The notes under the pieces: model-generated | What the model saw: only the letters and a program-made list of their open reading frames with translations | Databases searched by the model: none | What the model was told of the DNA's origin: nothing | Made by a program: the position numbers and the translations under genes | Shown here: positions 46,013 through 63,157 of the stretch, in pieces | How the letters are laid out: every line of letters starts with the position of its first letter | Position numbering within the stretch: position 1 is the stretch's first letter | DNA from: Dictyostelium discoideum | Taxonomy: Eukaryota | NCBI GenBank assembly: GCA_000004695.1 | Contig: CM000150.2 | Span: forward strand, 2,496,001-2,560,000 | DNA: 64,000 bases | Reading direction: 5' to 3'

Positions 46013-46876
46013 TTAATTTGAACATTGACATAAATTGGAATCAATAGTATGAGAACAAAAATCTCCAATCCATGGATGGAAACATTCACAAACTCCATTA
46101 TTACAAGTACCCATATTAAAACAATTATTAAAACAAAGGTTTGGATCATATAAGAATTGATTAACACCAGTGTATACTAAAACATTATTTGAATTGTAAA
46201 TTTTAATATCTTGATTTCCAGCAAAACCATTTGGACCTTGAGTGACATATCCAATGATTTTATCTGATTGGGTCAAATGAATTTTAACTTTATTTAAACC
46301 AATTTCAAATGAATATTCAGTTTGATCACTTCCAAACCAACCAGTGAGAGTAAAAACACCACCATCTACTGAAACTGGTGTAACAGTAGTAACAAATGGT
46401 AATGCTTCAATATTACAATTTTGACCAGTCCATCCAAGATAACATTGACATGCGCCCATATAAAATTGACCATTACCACAATCTTCAATCAAAGGTCCAT
46501 AGAAATCTTCTTGGAACCATGTTATATTATTTTGTGTAATTTCAACATCATATAATTGGTATAAATTCAATGAATAATCTAAAAAACAACTAACTCTATA
46601 ATAATTTACATTTCTAATTACACAATTATGACCACCAATTGTAATTTCTAAATTGTTATGAGTATCACCAAATAAACCAATAAACTCTATTGTATCAGGT
46701 TCTGGTGGTGCAGCATAATAATAGTTTGAATAATGATTTAAAATTTCACAATTTTCACCAGAATAATGTTCAGGACAACTTGACGAGGATGAAGATGAAG
46801 CAGAGTTTGAGGATTGAGACAAGCATTGATTTGAAAATGTTAAAAAAGCAATAATTAAAGATAATAAAAATTTCAT
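46013..46876 (-). CDS. secreted EGF-like / IPT-domain protein (287 aa), single exon
   Basis: Signal peptide MKFLLSLIIAFLTFSNQCLS, then Ser-rich stretch. EGF-like Cys spacing (CPEHYSGENCE; CGNGQFYMGACQCYLGWTGQNC; CFNNCFNMGTCNNGVCECFHPWIGDFC) flanks a TIG-like beta segment (VTTVTPVSVDGGVFTLTGWFG…). Clean stop. Confidence 0.55.
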   Translation of the reverse strand: MKFLLSLIIAFLTFSNQCLSQSSNSASSSSSSSCPEHYSGENCEILNHYSNYYYAAPPEPDTIEFIGLFGDTHNNLEITIGGHNCVIRNVNYYRVSCFLDYSLNLYQLYDVEITQNNITWFQEDFYGPLIEDCGNGQFYMGACQCYLGWTGQNCNIEALPFVTTVTPVSVDGGVFTLTGWFGSDQTEYSFEIGLNKVKIHLTQSDKIIGYVTQGPNGFAGNQDIKIYNSNNVLVYTGVNQFLYDPNLCFNNCFNMGTCNNGVCECFHPWIGDFCSHTIDSNLCQCSN

Positions 46877-47145
46877 TTTTTTTTTTTATTTATAATAATT
46901 TAATAATTGAAATTGTTTTTTTGAATTGTATTTTTATTTATATTTGTTTAATTTGATTAATATAAAATTTTAAATTATTTTTAATCTATTTATATCTTTT
47001 TTTTTTTTTTCATTGCAACTCAGTTCTGTTATAATTTTAAGAACGAGTTTTATAAGAAATTAATAATTAATTGGAAATTTAAAGTTTATAAAAAATTAAA
47101 ATAATAAAAAAAATCTAGATTCCATCTTTGCATTGGTCCATTTTC

Positions 47146-47191
<46 letters not shown>

Positions 47192-47533
47192 CACCAACTG
47201 ATTAAATTATAATTAAAAACTTGATTGTTAAAAATTCTACAACTCGATTTCCATATCAACACAAATATCTTAAACATCTTTTGTTAATAGAAAATATTAA
47301 AATAAATTAAAAAAAAAAACTTCTTTTGTTAATAGAAAATATTAAAATAAATTAAAAAAAAAAATCAAATTTTATAGTATTTATATAATAGTTTATATTA
47401 ATCACCATTTTGAGTGCACTCACCAATCAAATGATTTTTTGGTAATATCTGAAATAAAATAAAAAAAAATCTGAAGAAATTATTTACATATATTTTTTTT
47501 TATTTTTTTTTTTTTTTTATTAAATTTTAGATT

Positions 47534-47668
47534 TTAAATTAAATCCATTTTACCACCCTCCACTAATGATTTGATTGGTAAATATTTTAAAAAGTAAATT
47601 GAAGTTTTTTTAAAATCAATTGTTTCGCTATACATATTTAAAAAAAATAGAAAATAAAAAATTAATAA

Positions 47669-47699
<31 letters not shown>

Positions 47700-48345
47700 A
47701 CATACTCGTCTACTAAAAAGTCACCTAAATCTTCTCTTGGTTTACAAAATACAAATGTATTTAAAAATGGTCTATTTATACTATTTGAATCCATTTTTTG
47801 AAAATCTTTTGGAATTGAATTTAATAATGTATTTTTAAAATATCCATCCATTAATGCTTTATACCTTGTTTTAAAAATAAAAAATAAAAAAATAAAAATT
47901 AAAAAATTTAGTTTATTATTATTAACTATAATAAATAAGAAAATTATATAAATTATAAATACTTTTGACAATAATTAATTTCAAATTCTGATAATAATTT
48001 ATAACTATCGTATTCATCATTTTCAATTTCTAATAAAATTGAAGAATAGAATTTATCAATTTTCTTTATTCTTTGAACTAAATAACATTTTATAATATAT
48101 TTTAATCTTTCTATTTCCATTTCATATATATTAGCAGTAAATTGAAGATTTATATTAGATATAGCACTTGCACATAATGATTCCTTTTCTTCAATTTTCT
48201 CCATAACTTCTTTAATAATAACATCTTCATAATTTAATAAATTTGGTGCATATTTCTCATTTATCCATGCTTTCTTTAATTTATCTAATAATGATAATTC
48301 TTTATTATTTGTGTTATTAAAATCACCATATTCCCCACTCATCAT
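47534..48345 (-). CDS. gins4: GINS complex subunit Sld5 (GINS4); 3 exons: 47963..48345, 47706..47864, 47534..47627 (211 aa)
   Basis: N-terminus …LLDKLKKAWINEKYAPNLLNYEDVIIKEVMEKIEE… matches the Sld5 A-domain (…AW.NE..AP.LL.Y…). Exon 2 reads KYKALMDGYFKNTLLNSIPKDFQKMD…FCKPREDLGDFLVD. C-terminal …EGGKMDLI* is GINS B-domain-like. Donors are GTATTT and GTATGT; phases are consistent. Confidence 0.65.
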
Positions 48346-48413
48346 TATTCTTTATTCTTTAATATTAGAGTTTATAAAAGAATGGATTAAAAAAAAAAAA
48401 AAAAAATGAAAAA

Positions 48414-48446
<33 letters not shown>

Positions 48447-48680
48447 GCGCTTGTCTTGCGTGTATTGGTGGGAAAAAAAAAAAAAAAAAATAAAGGAATA
48501 ATTGATAATTGAAGGGAACTACTTTTTATTTAATTTAAATAATATTTTAAATGTATAACCTAAATCTCCTTTTCGAACGGGGTTTTTTTTTTTTTTTTGT
48601 TTTATTTCCAATTTGGATTATTTTTTAGTTTTGGTTTTGGTTTTGGATATTTTTTTTTTTTTTTTTTTTTTTTTAATCAA

Positions 48681-49004
48681 TCAAACCCAAATTGCAACAA
48701 CTGCCATACCACTAAATCCTAATAACAATAAAAATGATTTAATTAAAATATCATTACTATCATGACTTAGCTCCTTGGGTATGATCTCTACCACAGCAAC
48801 ATATAAAAAGGTACCACTTGCAATACCCTGAAGTATTGGTGGAACCATTGATCCTGTTACACCTGATCCAACTATAACCATTCCTAATATTGACCCAATA
48901 GGTGAAGTTAAAGAAAATACAAAAACTAATAAAAATAATTTTAAAAATGATCTAAATATAATTATTATTATTATTATATTATTATTTTAAATTTTAATGT
49001 TAGT

Positions 49005-49036
<32 letters not shown>

Positions 49037-50649
49037 AATGATTTATTTATAATTATAAAAAATACATACGGTTTTTCATTTGAACTTGTTATTGTACTTA
49101 TACCTAAAGCAAAAGAAGCTAAAATTTTATGAGCGAAAATTGCAATTAAAATATCGAAAACTCTTATTTCTGAACTTTGTACACCCATTGCTAAACCTTC
49201 AAATAATGAATGAATTGATAACGCTATAACCAATATAAATGGTAATAATATATTACTCTTTTTAGTTACAACTATTATCTCTTGTTGATGAAGATGTTGA
49301 TGTTGATGTTCACCTCCTTTCATATTTTTTATTGAATCTGTTGTCGTATCTTTTATTAAAATTTCACTTTCTATTTTATTATTATTATTATTATTTTCTT
49401 CATTATCATTATAGTCAATATTACTATTACCACCACCACCACCACCACCACCATTATTATTATTATTATTATTACTACCTATATTTCCACTATTACCAAT
49501 ACCACTATTTATTAAAACTATTCTTTCATTATGTACATTTGAATCTGATCCTAAACTATTTCCTCTTGTTCTACCCTCTTGATTATAATCTATATCGTCA
49601 TAGTCAATGATAATGTCAGGTTCTTCATCATCACCATTATAACGGTAACTTAAACTTTTACTACTACTTAAAATTTTATTTGTATTTGGCGTTATATTTG
49701 CACTACTACTATTATTATTACTACTATTATTATTATTACTATTACTATTATCATTACTACAAGTAGTTGTTGTTGTAGTAATAAACGGATGATAATTTAC
49801 ACTACTAGATGGATAGTGGTGTACACTATTATTACTTGTTGTACTGATTGGTTGTATAATTATTTCTGTTCTAAAATTATTATTATTATTATTATTGTTG
49901 TTTTTGTTATTATTATTGTTATTGTTATTATTATTGTTATTATTATTTGAGAAACCACCTACACCACTACCACTTTTATCAATATCAATATGACTACCAA
50001 TAATTCCTTTATATTTATTTTGATTATAATAATAACTATTACTACTATCAAGCAATCTTTGTTTTTCACTAATTTTAGTTGATGATGATGTTGATGATGT
50101 TGATGTTGATGAAAAGGTTGGTATTGTATCTATAAATTTTCTAAATTTTGTTCTTGCACATTTTGATTGTTTCTTTTTATATATTTGTTCATCATCATTC
50201 TCATCATAATCATCTGGAATTATTATTTCATCCATTATATCTTTTTCTTCATCTTCATCTTCATCTTCAAGTACTATTTCTTTTGCTGTTGCTGCTGTTG
50301 TTGCTGTTGTTGTTGTCGTTGTTGTTGTTGTTCCTTCTGATGGTGTTGTTGGTGTTATTGTTGGTGATGTTGTTTTATTTTTTTTAGAATTTAAAGCACC
50401 TACACTCCCCATTCCAATACCAACACCTGATCCTGGATTACCATTACTACCATTATCTTTCCCATGATGTGAATGGCCATGTGATAAATGTACATGACTA
50501 TGACTATGTCCATGTAATGAGGCAAATGTATTACTCTTTATAAATATTGAATTTATTATTAATTCTAAAAATAATGTAATTAAAAATCCAACACATAAAC
50601 AAAGTGCTCTATATTTTATGTATGATATTAATATACTTTAATAACTATA

Positions 50650-50682
<33 letters not shown>

Positions 50683-50835
50683 TTAAATAATAATACATAC
50701 GCAAATGGATAATTGTATTTTTGGACATATGGTTGTAGATCTTCATCAGCTGTTGCAAATAAATGTAACATACCTGCTCCAAAAAATACACCTCCTGTTT
50801 TAATCATTTTATTACTATTAGTAAATTTTTAAAAG

Positions 50836-50870
<35 letters not shown>

Positions 50871-51056
50871 GAGATAATAAAAAAAATAAAAAAATAGTTT
50901 ATATTTACCAGCAAATGTATTACTCCACGATAAATATCTTGAGCTATTATTTAAATTTCTCATCCAATATGGAGCTATTCCTGCTAATAAACTTAGTATA
51001 AACAATACAGTAGTTGATATTATTTTAATATCTAATACTGATAATGAAATACCCAT
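48681..51056 (-). CDS. ZIP (Zrt/Irt-like) family zinc/metal transporter; 4 exons: 50909..51056, 50701..50794, 49070..50635, 48681..48951 (about 692 aa)
   Basis: TM segments with ZIP signatures: …SNTFAGGVFFGAGMLHLFATADEDL…, …ALCLCVGFLITLFLELIINSIF…, His-rich loop HGHSHSHVHLSHGHSHHG. C-terminal …HSLFEGLAMGVQSSE… and …GTFLYVAVVEIIPKEL…GFSGMAVVAIWV*. A large poly-N/T-rich cytoplasmic loop sits in exon 3. Splice junctions were resolved by hand and are phase-consistent. Confidence 0.65.
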
Positions 51057-51739
51057 TTTATATAATATATATAATATATATTATATATTAAAAAAAAAAA
51101 AAAAAAAACTATTTTTTATTGCACAAAAAAAAAAATGTAGACCAAAGTTTTTTTTTTTTTTTTGGAATTTTCTTTTTTTTTTTTTTTTTTATTTTTTAAT
51201 TTATTTTTTTTTTATTTTTTTTTTTTGGGTTGATATCAAACAACTTTAAAAAATAAAAAAAATTAAAAAATGAAATAAATAAAAATAGAAAATTAAAATT
51301 TTAATAAGTTTAAAAAATACAATATTAATAAGCGAATATAATATCTAAATATTTAAGATTTAAAATCACCACACATTAATTTTTGTCTTTTTTTTTTTTT
51401 TTTTTTTGTTTTTTTAATTATTTTTATTTATTTTTTATTTTTTTTTTTTTGGTTATTCTTACAAATAGTAGTTTATGCCTATAAATAATTAAAAAATGGT
51501 TTATTTCTCTTTAAAACAAAAAAAAAAACAAAAAAAAAAAAATGTATATACAAATTCATTATAATTATTATAAAATTTAAATAATAATAGAAAAAAGAAG
51601 TATTTTCTAGAAAAAAAAAAAAAAAAAAAAAAAAAATAATATTTCATTAAATTTTTGATTATTGATTGTTTTGGCTTAAGTTTAATTTTTTGATTTGTTT
51701 TATATTTTTTATCCCTATTTGGGTTTCGTTAGAAAGTGT

Positions 51740-51782
<43 letters not shown>

Positions 51783-52106
51783 TTTTGGGACTTTTTCTTT
51801 GTAAAATAATACAAAATAACTTTTTGTGGAGGTTGCCAAAGTTTTTCAGACTTTTTTTTTTTTTTATTTTTTTTTTTTTTTTTTTTTATTTTCAATTTTT
51901 TTTTTTTTTTAATAATTTTTTTTTTTTGATAACTAATTTGGTCAACTATTATCACATATATTTTTTTTTTTTTTTTAATTTTTTTTTTTTTTTTATTGTT
52001 ATAATTAATAATAATAATAACAATAATAATAGTAATAATTAACACCAATTATTAAAAAAAAAAAAAAAAATTAAAAAATAAAAAAAATAAAATTAAAAAC
52101 AAAATA

Positions 52107-52156
<50 letters not shown>

Positions 52157-52312
52157 CAATTGGTTTTAAATTTAAAAGAGAATAAATAATTTATAACATA
52201 TTTAAATATATTTTTTTTAAAAAAAAAAAAAAACAATTCAATGAAAAATTATTTAATATTCTTATAATAATAAAGTAATAATAATAATAATAATAAAAAA
52301 ACAAATAATAAT

Positions 52313-55992
<3,680 letters not shown>

Positions 55993-56985
55993 AAATAATA
56001 ATATTAATAATAATAAAAAACAAACAAACAAATAAATTTATTTAATTTAATTTATATTTTATTTTAAATTTTTTATTTTATTATTTATTATTTAATATTT
56101 AAAAAACTATTATTAATTTAGAATAAATTTTGGATTTAATATTTCAAATGTAACTGGCTGCAATCAAATATATATGAAAAAGGTTTATCAATTTCAATAT
56201 CATAATCAATTAAACTACAATTCAAATATCAATAATTTTTTGCAACTTGTACTTCCGATTAATAAATATTCAATAATTATACAAAATTATAATTTTTATT
56301 TTTTTTATTATATTTTTATATTTTATTTAATTAAATCTAAAAATATAAAACTAGCAATTTTTTTTTATTTAATTTTTTTTTTTTTTTTTTTAAATTTAAA
56401 ATTATATTTAATTTCCTGGAAATTAATGATGAATTATGTAAATAAAATGTTTTAAAACATTTTATTTTATTCATTATGTTTTTTTTATTTTATTTTTTTT
56501 TTGGAAAAATTAAAAATATTATTTTACAAATAGATCTCCCAATAAAAAAAAAATTAAAAAAAAATTAAAAATAAAAAAAAATTAAAAAAGGGATACTTTT
56601 ACATTCTAAATAATTAATTAGATAAAAATAAAAAAAACACAATTTATTTAGATTTTAAAATTAATTAATTATTAAAATTTAAAAAAAAAAAAACAAAAAA
56701 AAAAAAACAAAAGTGTTAATTTTTTTTTTAATTTAAAAATAAAAAAAAAAAAAAAAAAAGTGCCTTTTTTTAATAATTAATTTTGAAAAATTTTAATAAT
56801 TTATTTTTTCGATATAATAAAAAAACATAACAAATAATTTATTTATTCATTTTTTTTTTTTTTTTCAGTAAACACTTTTTTTTTTTTTATTTTTTATTTT
56901 TTATTTTTTTTTTATAATCTAATTAAAATATTATTAAATATAAATATAAATAAAAAATAAAAAATAAAAAATAAAAAATAATAAA

Positions 56986-58021
56986 ATGATAACAAATTTA
57001 ATTAATAAATATTTAATATCAACAAGATCATATTTATCAAGTGGTATTTTATTTATACTTTTAATATCAAGTTCAATAGCATATAGACAAACAAAACAAA
57101 TTGATATATGGTTTAGTTTATTTTGTTTTACAATTATATTTCAAAATTTTTGTTTTGCATATTTATTAAATTCATATTTAGATTATTTAACTGGATCAGA
57201 TTATGTAAAGAGTGAAATGGATAGAACACTATTCAAACATATAACATTGGGTCAATTGAGGGGATTCATAAAGATACCTTTGATTTTAAATGTACTACTT
57301 TTAATAATAACTTATAGATGGAAAGGGTTAAACACATTGTTAATGATTGCATTTTTAGATTTCTTACAAATTATTGGGGTTTGCATTTACTCACCATCAA
57401 AACACTATGCTATGGGTCATTTGGTTTTTAGCTTTGTACATTATATTAATATTTGGATTTTCTATTATTCAAATACTAAACAATTTCCATCATTCAATTC
57501 TTCCGATCCTTTCATTTATTATAGTTTTTATTTTTTACCTGTAATTCTTCAATCAATTCATGCAAATTATCATAGAGATATTGAAAATGATAAAAAATCT
57601 GGTATTTTAACAATTGCAATCTTATTAGGTAAAAAGTTTTCTTTAGTTTATTATTTTTTATTATATATTGGTAAGTAAAATTTTTATTTTAATAAAAAAT
57701 TATTTGATCAAAAAAAAAAATAAAAAATAAAAAAAAAAAAAAAAAAAAAAAACACATCCCCAATTCTCCACATACTCTCCCCCCACACGCACTAACCCCT
57801 TTTTTTTTATTTTTATTTTTTTTTTTATAGGTGGTTTGATTTATTTAATATTTTTAATGATAAAATTTAATAATATTTTCTTTTTATTACCATTTGCAAC
57901 CATATCATTAATTAATGAACTATATGGAAATATCGATTTATTAAATGTTCAAACAACTAAAATTCATTTTTTTTCTTTATTTTTATTTTCAATAGCAATT
58001 TTATTGGGTGGTAAAAAATAA
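56986..58021 (+). CDS. UbiA prenyltransferase-family-like polytopic membrane protein; exons 56986..57670, 57831..58021 (about 291 aa)
   Basis: Multiple TM helices. HANYHRDIENDKKSGILTIAILLG resembles the second Asp-rich motif of UbiA/MenA-type prenyltransferases (N..RDI..D...GK.TL...LG). A degenerate first motif is possible at LDYLTGSDYVKSEMDRT. GTAAGT donor and ttttttatag acceptor. Confidence 0.4.
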
Positions 58022-58440
58022 ATTAATAATAAAGTTACAATTAATATAAAATAAATAAAAGTAAAAATAAAAATAAAAAAAGAAAAACTAATATTGTAAA
58101 TATATTTAGAACAAAAAAAAAAAAAAAAAAAAAAAAAAACAGGATGATTACATTCATTTTTTAATATTTCAAATAATTTTGTGTATTTTTCTTGGGTTCT
58201 CTATTTTTATATACTAAATTCATATTAAAAATAAGTAAAAATAAATAATTATAATATTTTTTTTTTTTTTGAGAATTTCACCAATTTTAATAAAATTTTT
58301 TTTAATTTTCTTTTTTTTTTGAAAAAAAATTAAAAAAATTAAAAAAAAAAAAAAAAAACAACACTTTTTTTTTTTTTTTTTTTTTTTCAAAAAAATTATT
58401 TTATTTTCATTTGATCAGTTGGGTGGATAAATATTAAATA

Positions 58441-58517
58441 ATGTCGGATATTAACTCAAATTCTTATGACCCATATCATCATCCACAACAACACCAACAA
58501 GAATCACAATATCATCC

Positions 58518-58559
<42 letters not shown>

Positions 58560-58927
58560 GGAATATTATAATCAACAACATCAACAAGAATCACAATATC
58601 AACAACAGTCTCCACCACAACAACAATATGATAACCATCAACATCATCAACAAGATTTAAATCAAGCACATAATAGTGGACATGGCCGTAGTCATAACAG
58701 TGGACATGGTCATAGTCATGGTAATAATTATAGTGGATTACCACACTTAAGAACACAAGTTGGACATGCTCAACCTTATTTTTCATCTTATAATGAATTA
58801 AATAATAGTGGTGATATTTCAAATAGTAATAATAATAATAATAATAATAATCAATATAATTATAATAACAATAATAATAATAATAATTATAATAATAATA
58901 TAAATAATAATCAATTTAATAGTAGTG

Positions 58928-58970
<43 letters not shown>

Positions 58971-59712
58971 ATTTAGTATTGATGGTAAAAGTGGTATTAC
59001 AATTAAACATTTATTAAATAATTTAAATAGAGATAGCGATGCTAAAAAATTAGCAGCTTGGATAAGTGTAATGTTAGTATTTACAATCTATGAAATATTT
59101 TATGGTGCTTATTTAGAGAGTTTAGGTTTAGTTAGTGATGGTTTTCATGCATTATTCGATTGTATTGGTATGGGTATAGCTTTATTGGCAATGTTGGTTG
59201 GTAAAAGAGGTATCTCTAATCAAGAGTATACCTATGGTTATGATCGTTGGGAAGTTTTAGGTACTTTTTCAAATGGTTGTTTCCTTTTATTTGTTTCTTT
59301 CTTTTTATTTTTAGAATCAATTGAAAGATTATTAGAACCACCTCATATTCATAAGTTTGTATTTTTTTAAAAAATATTTATATAAAATAAATTAATACTA
59401 ATTTTATTAATACTAATTTTATTATTTTTTATTTTTTAAAAATAAATAGTCATGGTAGAGTTATGTCATTAGCAACAATTAGTTTAATTATTAATATTGT
59501 TGGAGTTTTATTTTTTAAACAAAAATCAAATGAAAGAAAACAACAATCATCAATTAGAAGTGAAAATCTATTAACAATTTCCCATCATATTCTCGTTGAT
59601 AGTTGTACAAGTTTAGGTGTAATTTTATCTTCTTTAGTTGGTCAAGCTTTGTAAATATATATATATATTTTTTTTTTTTTAATAATAATTAAAAATAGAT
59701 TATTTTATTAAT

Positions 59713-59754
<42 letters not shown>

Positions 59755-60496
59755 TATAAAAAAAAGTGGATTAGAAATTTCAGATTCATTAATTTCAATT
59801 ATTATTGCATGTATTATAGTTTATAATGCTTTACCAATTTGTATTAAAACATCAGCAATTTTACTTCAAACAACACCAGATCAATTGAAAATTAATATAA
59901 ATAATGCAATCAAAGATATTTTAGTTATGGAAGGTGTTATAGATGTTACAGATAAACATTTTTGGTCTCATTCACCTGGTAATATTATTGCAACTGTTAA
60001 TTTATTAACTAAAAAGAATTGTGATGATTTCACTTTAACTCAATCAATTAGAAATAGATTATCTTTTGTTCAAGATTTAACTATTCAATTAGATAAAGAA
60101 GGTAAACATAATAGTCATAGTCATGGTGGTGCTCACCATCATCCTCATGAACATAAAGAAGATAAGAAATCTCATAATCATAGTCATGGTCATAATCATG
60201 GTCATAGTCATGGTCATAGCCATGGTGGTAATGATGACCACGAACATGGAGAAAATTGTGATGAAGAACATGAACCAGTTCCAAAATATCAAGTTCAACC
60301 AACTTCACCTTTCTCAAGTCATTATACTGATATTCATAGTAATAATACTCCAATTCCTTTATACAAGAGCGAGCAAGATGATGAAGATGATGAAGATGAC
60401 TATGATCACGACGAACATCACCATGACCATGATCACGACGAACATCACCATGGTCATAGTCATAATTCCTCACATTCCCACGCTCACAATCATTAA
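58441..60496 (+). CDS. cation diffusion facilitator (CDF/ZnT-like) zinc transporter; exons 58441..59354, 59450..59650, 59767..60496 (about 614 aa)
   Basis: Poly-Q/His N-terminus. CDF signature block …SDGFHALFDCIGMGIALLAMLVGKRG…YTYGYDRWEVLG…. TM5 HHILVDSCTSLGVILSS (HxxxD). …SAILLQTTP…. Long His-rich C-terminal tail (HSHGHNHGHSHGHSHGG…HHHDHDHDEHHHGHSH). Donors GTTTGT and GTAAAT; phases consistent. Confidence 0.7.
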
Positions 60497-60675
60497 ATTA
60501 ATTTTAAAAAAATAAATAAAATAAAATAAAATAAATAAATGTATTTAACAATTGTTTTTTTTTTTTTTTTTTTTTTCAAATAGTATAAAATATATCTTTT
60601 TTTTTTTTTTATTAAAAGATGAAAAATAATTTCATCTTTTTTTCTTAATTGTATAAAATAAAATTAAAATTAATT

Positions 60676-60865
60676 TTAAGCTGGTGAACATTTTAAAACT
60701 TCAATAGTACCAGAAGTTTTACCAATACCAATTCTCTTTTTATTTACAAGACGAATTTCTTTCATAACTTGCATTTCACGAAGAGAAGTTACACTCTTAC
60801 CAATGATATCATGAGCACCACCACTCTATAAATAAAATAAATAAAATTTTATTAATAAATATTAA

Positions 60866-60912
<47 letters not shown>

Positions 60913-61732
60913 AAAAACTTACATCATAATCCCAACATTCAATTTTAATTGGTCTTTCTAAATTACCACCACATAAAGCGTGTAAACCTAGAGTGAATGG
61001 TTGCCAAACTGGATTTTGATTATCTCTAATAGTTTCAGTTCTATGAATGACAGCCCAATTAGCGGTTGAACCACCTTTAGCTTTACCAACATAACTAGAA
61101 TGACTTTTGCTAACATAAAGTGGATTTCTTGGAACAGAGATTGTAACGAATGGATCAGATTTTGAGAAAACATCTTTACGATCTAAACGACTACCTTTAA
61201 GATGAAGAGTGTATGGAATATCAGTACCTACTACAACTGGTGCAACAACTGGTGTAACACCAACCACTGGTGTGACTCCTACAACTGGTGCTACTGGGTA
61301 TGCACCATATGCTGGTTGTTGTGGGTATGCGCCATATGCTGGTTGTTGTTGATAGGCACCATAGGATGTGGTTTGATAGGCACCATACCCACCGTATGCT
61401 GGCTGTTGTGGTGGGTAGCCTTGTTGTGGTGGGTAACCTTGTTGTGGTGGGTAACCTTGTTGTGGTGGGTAGCCTTGTTGTGGTGGGTAACCTTGTTGTT
61501 GTGGTGGGTAACCTTGTTGTGGTGGTTGTTGTGTATATTGTCCATATTGTTGAGTTTGTTGTGTATATTGACTGTATTGTTGAGTTTGTTGTTGACCACC
61601 ATATCCAGTTTGTTGTGGATAACTTCCATAACTACCTGGTGCTTGACCATATTGTCCTGGAGCTGGTGAATTATATTGTCCTGGAGCTGGTGAATTTTTA
61701 TTTAAATTTGCTTGACCTGGATAACCTGACAT
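60676..61732 (-). CDS. single C2-domain (copine-type) protein with N-terminal GYPPQQ repeat region; exons 60923..61732 and 60676..60825 (about 319 aa)
   Basis: N-terminal roughly 170 aa of (Q/P/Y/G)-rich repeats (…PPQQGYPPQQGYPPQQGYPPQQ…) like Dictyostelium annexin VII. Then …LKGSRLDRKDVFSKSDPFVTISV…NPVWQPFTLGLHALCGGNLERPIKIECWDYD|SGGAHDIIG…, matching the copine C2 consensus (KLD.KD.FGKSDPF…NP.W.PF…LC.GD…PI..EC.DYD..G.HDLIG). Ends …VLKCSPA*. Confidence 0.65.
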
Positions 61733-62656
61733 CTTTTACTTTTATATCTATTATTGATTGTTTACTCTCCTATCTATTAATTGTTAAATAAATAAATTTT
61801 TTTAAAATAATAATTTGGGGGGAAAAAAAAAAAAAATAATAATAATAATAATAATAATATACAAATACAATGATATAATAAATAAATTTATATGGAAATT
61901 TTTTATTTTTTTAATTTTTTAAAAAAACAAAAAAAAAAAAAAAAAAATTGAAAAAAAATTTAAGTGTCAAATTAAAAAAAAAAAAAATAAAAATAAAAAA
62001 AAAATAAAAAAAAAACAATAAAAAAGTTTTTTTGAAGAGATATTGTTGGCTTGCACCAATTTGCTAAACACACTCGATTGTGTAATTTTAAATTTAATTA
62101 AAAAAAAAAAAAAATATCAAGGTTCAGGATAAAAGAAAAAAAAAAAATTTAAATTAAAAAAAAAAAAAAAGAAAAAAAAATATAAATAAAACTTCTTATT
62201 TTAAAATATTTTTTTTTTTTTTTTTTTTGTTGATGAATTTTTTGAGGTTATTTGGGATGTGGTTGGTTTGTTTTTTTTAGTTTTTTTTTTTTTTCAAATT
62301 AATTTCTCAAGTCTGGATCTTGTTCAAAACCAAATGGATGATTTTACTTTTTTTGGTTCATTTATTATTTGTTCTTTATGGATTGTGGTGTTTATTTGTT
62401 TGTGATAGAAACTGTTTCTTTCCTCAATATGTAAATGGCTATTAATGTGTTTTTTATCTCCTCTTAGTGTTTTAAGATTTTGCTATTCCAGGTAAGTTTA
62501 TGTCAATTTGTTAACCAACTTTTTGTTTAAATGATTTACAATTATTTGAATATTTGTGAGATTTTTTTAATGTAACGAAAGTGATTTATTTAAACTTCAT
62601 TTTTTTATTCCTTTATTATACATTTTTTGATATTTTTAAGGTTATAAATATTTTAT

Positions 62657-62738
62657 TTACATCAAAGACATCGTAGCAAAGTGGTCTAATGCGTCTGACT
62701 AGAAATCAGATCCCTTCGGGGGCGCAGGTTCGAACCCT
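62657..62738 (+). tRNA. tRNA-Ser (anticodon AGA)
   Basis: GACATCGTAGCAAAGTGGTCTAATGCGTCTGACTAGAAATCAGATCCCTTCGGGGGCGCAGGTTCGAACCCTGCCGATGTCG (82 nt). Anticodon loop CTAGAAA. Long variable arm (CCCTTCGGGGG), typical of class II Ser tRNAs. T-arm GCAGGTTCGAACCCTGC. Confidence 0.9.
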
Positions 62739-62882
62739 GCCGATGTCGATACTTTTTAAAAAGATGTCCCAAGTTCGGAAATTGATGCTAAATTTTACAA
62801 AAAATCTCCAATCTCTCTGGGTGTGTATTTGCACTCATTTGTATAGACAAACCCTCAATAGGCGAAAAATTCTCAGCATTAG

Positions 62883-63156
62883 TTAGATATGTTGTAAAAT
62901 ATAATATAGTTTAAAAAATTTAATACAATTGAATAATAAAAATAAAACCGTTTAACAAACACCGCCGAAAAGACACAAGGACATTCCTTGAAGGTCTGAT
63001 CACAGGTAAAAAAAAAAAAAAGTTAGATATGTTGTTATATAATATAGTTTAAAAAATTTAATACAATTGAATAATAAAAATAAAATCGTTTAACAAACAC
63101 CGCCGAAAAGACACAAGGACATTCCTTGAAGGTCTGATCACAGGTAAAAAAAAAAA
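62883..63156 (+). repeat. two tandem roughly 135-bp units, each ending in oligo(A); 3'-module-like units of a TRE3-type retroelement
   Basis: gttagatatgttg[t]aaaatataatatagtttaaaaaatttaatacaattgaataataaaaataaaa[c/t]cgtttaacaaacaccgccgaaaagacacaaggacattccttgaaggtctgatcacaggtaaaaaaaaaaaa occurs at 62883..63021 and 63022..63156. A third copy of the first 13 nt (gttagatatgttg) opens the RT fragment at 63157. Confidence 0.7.
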
Positions 63157-63157
63157 A

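Noticed and set aside
48440-48470. GC-rich island (ggcgcttgtcttgcgtgtattggtggg) upstream of the sld5 start, examined as an E2F-like site
   Set aside because: It does not match the TTTSSCGC consensus in either orientation. Kept only as a possible promoter element, without a call.
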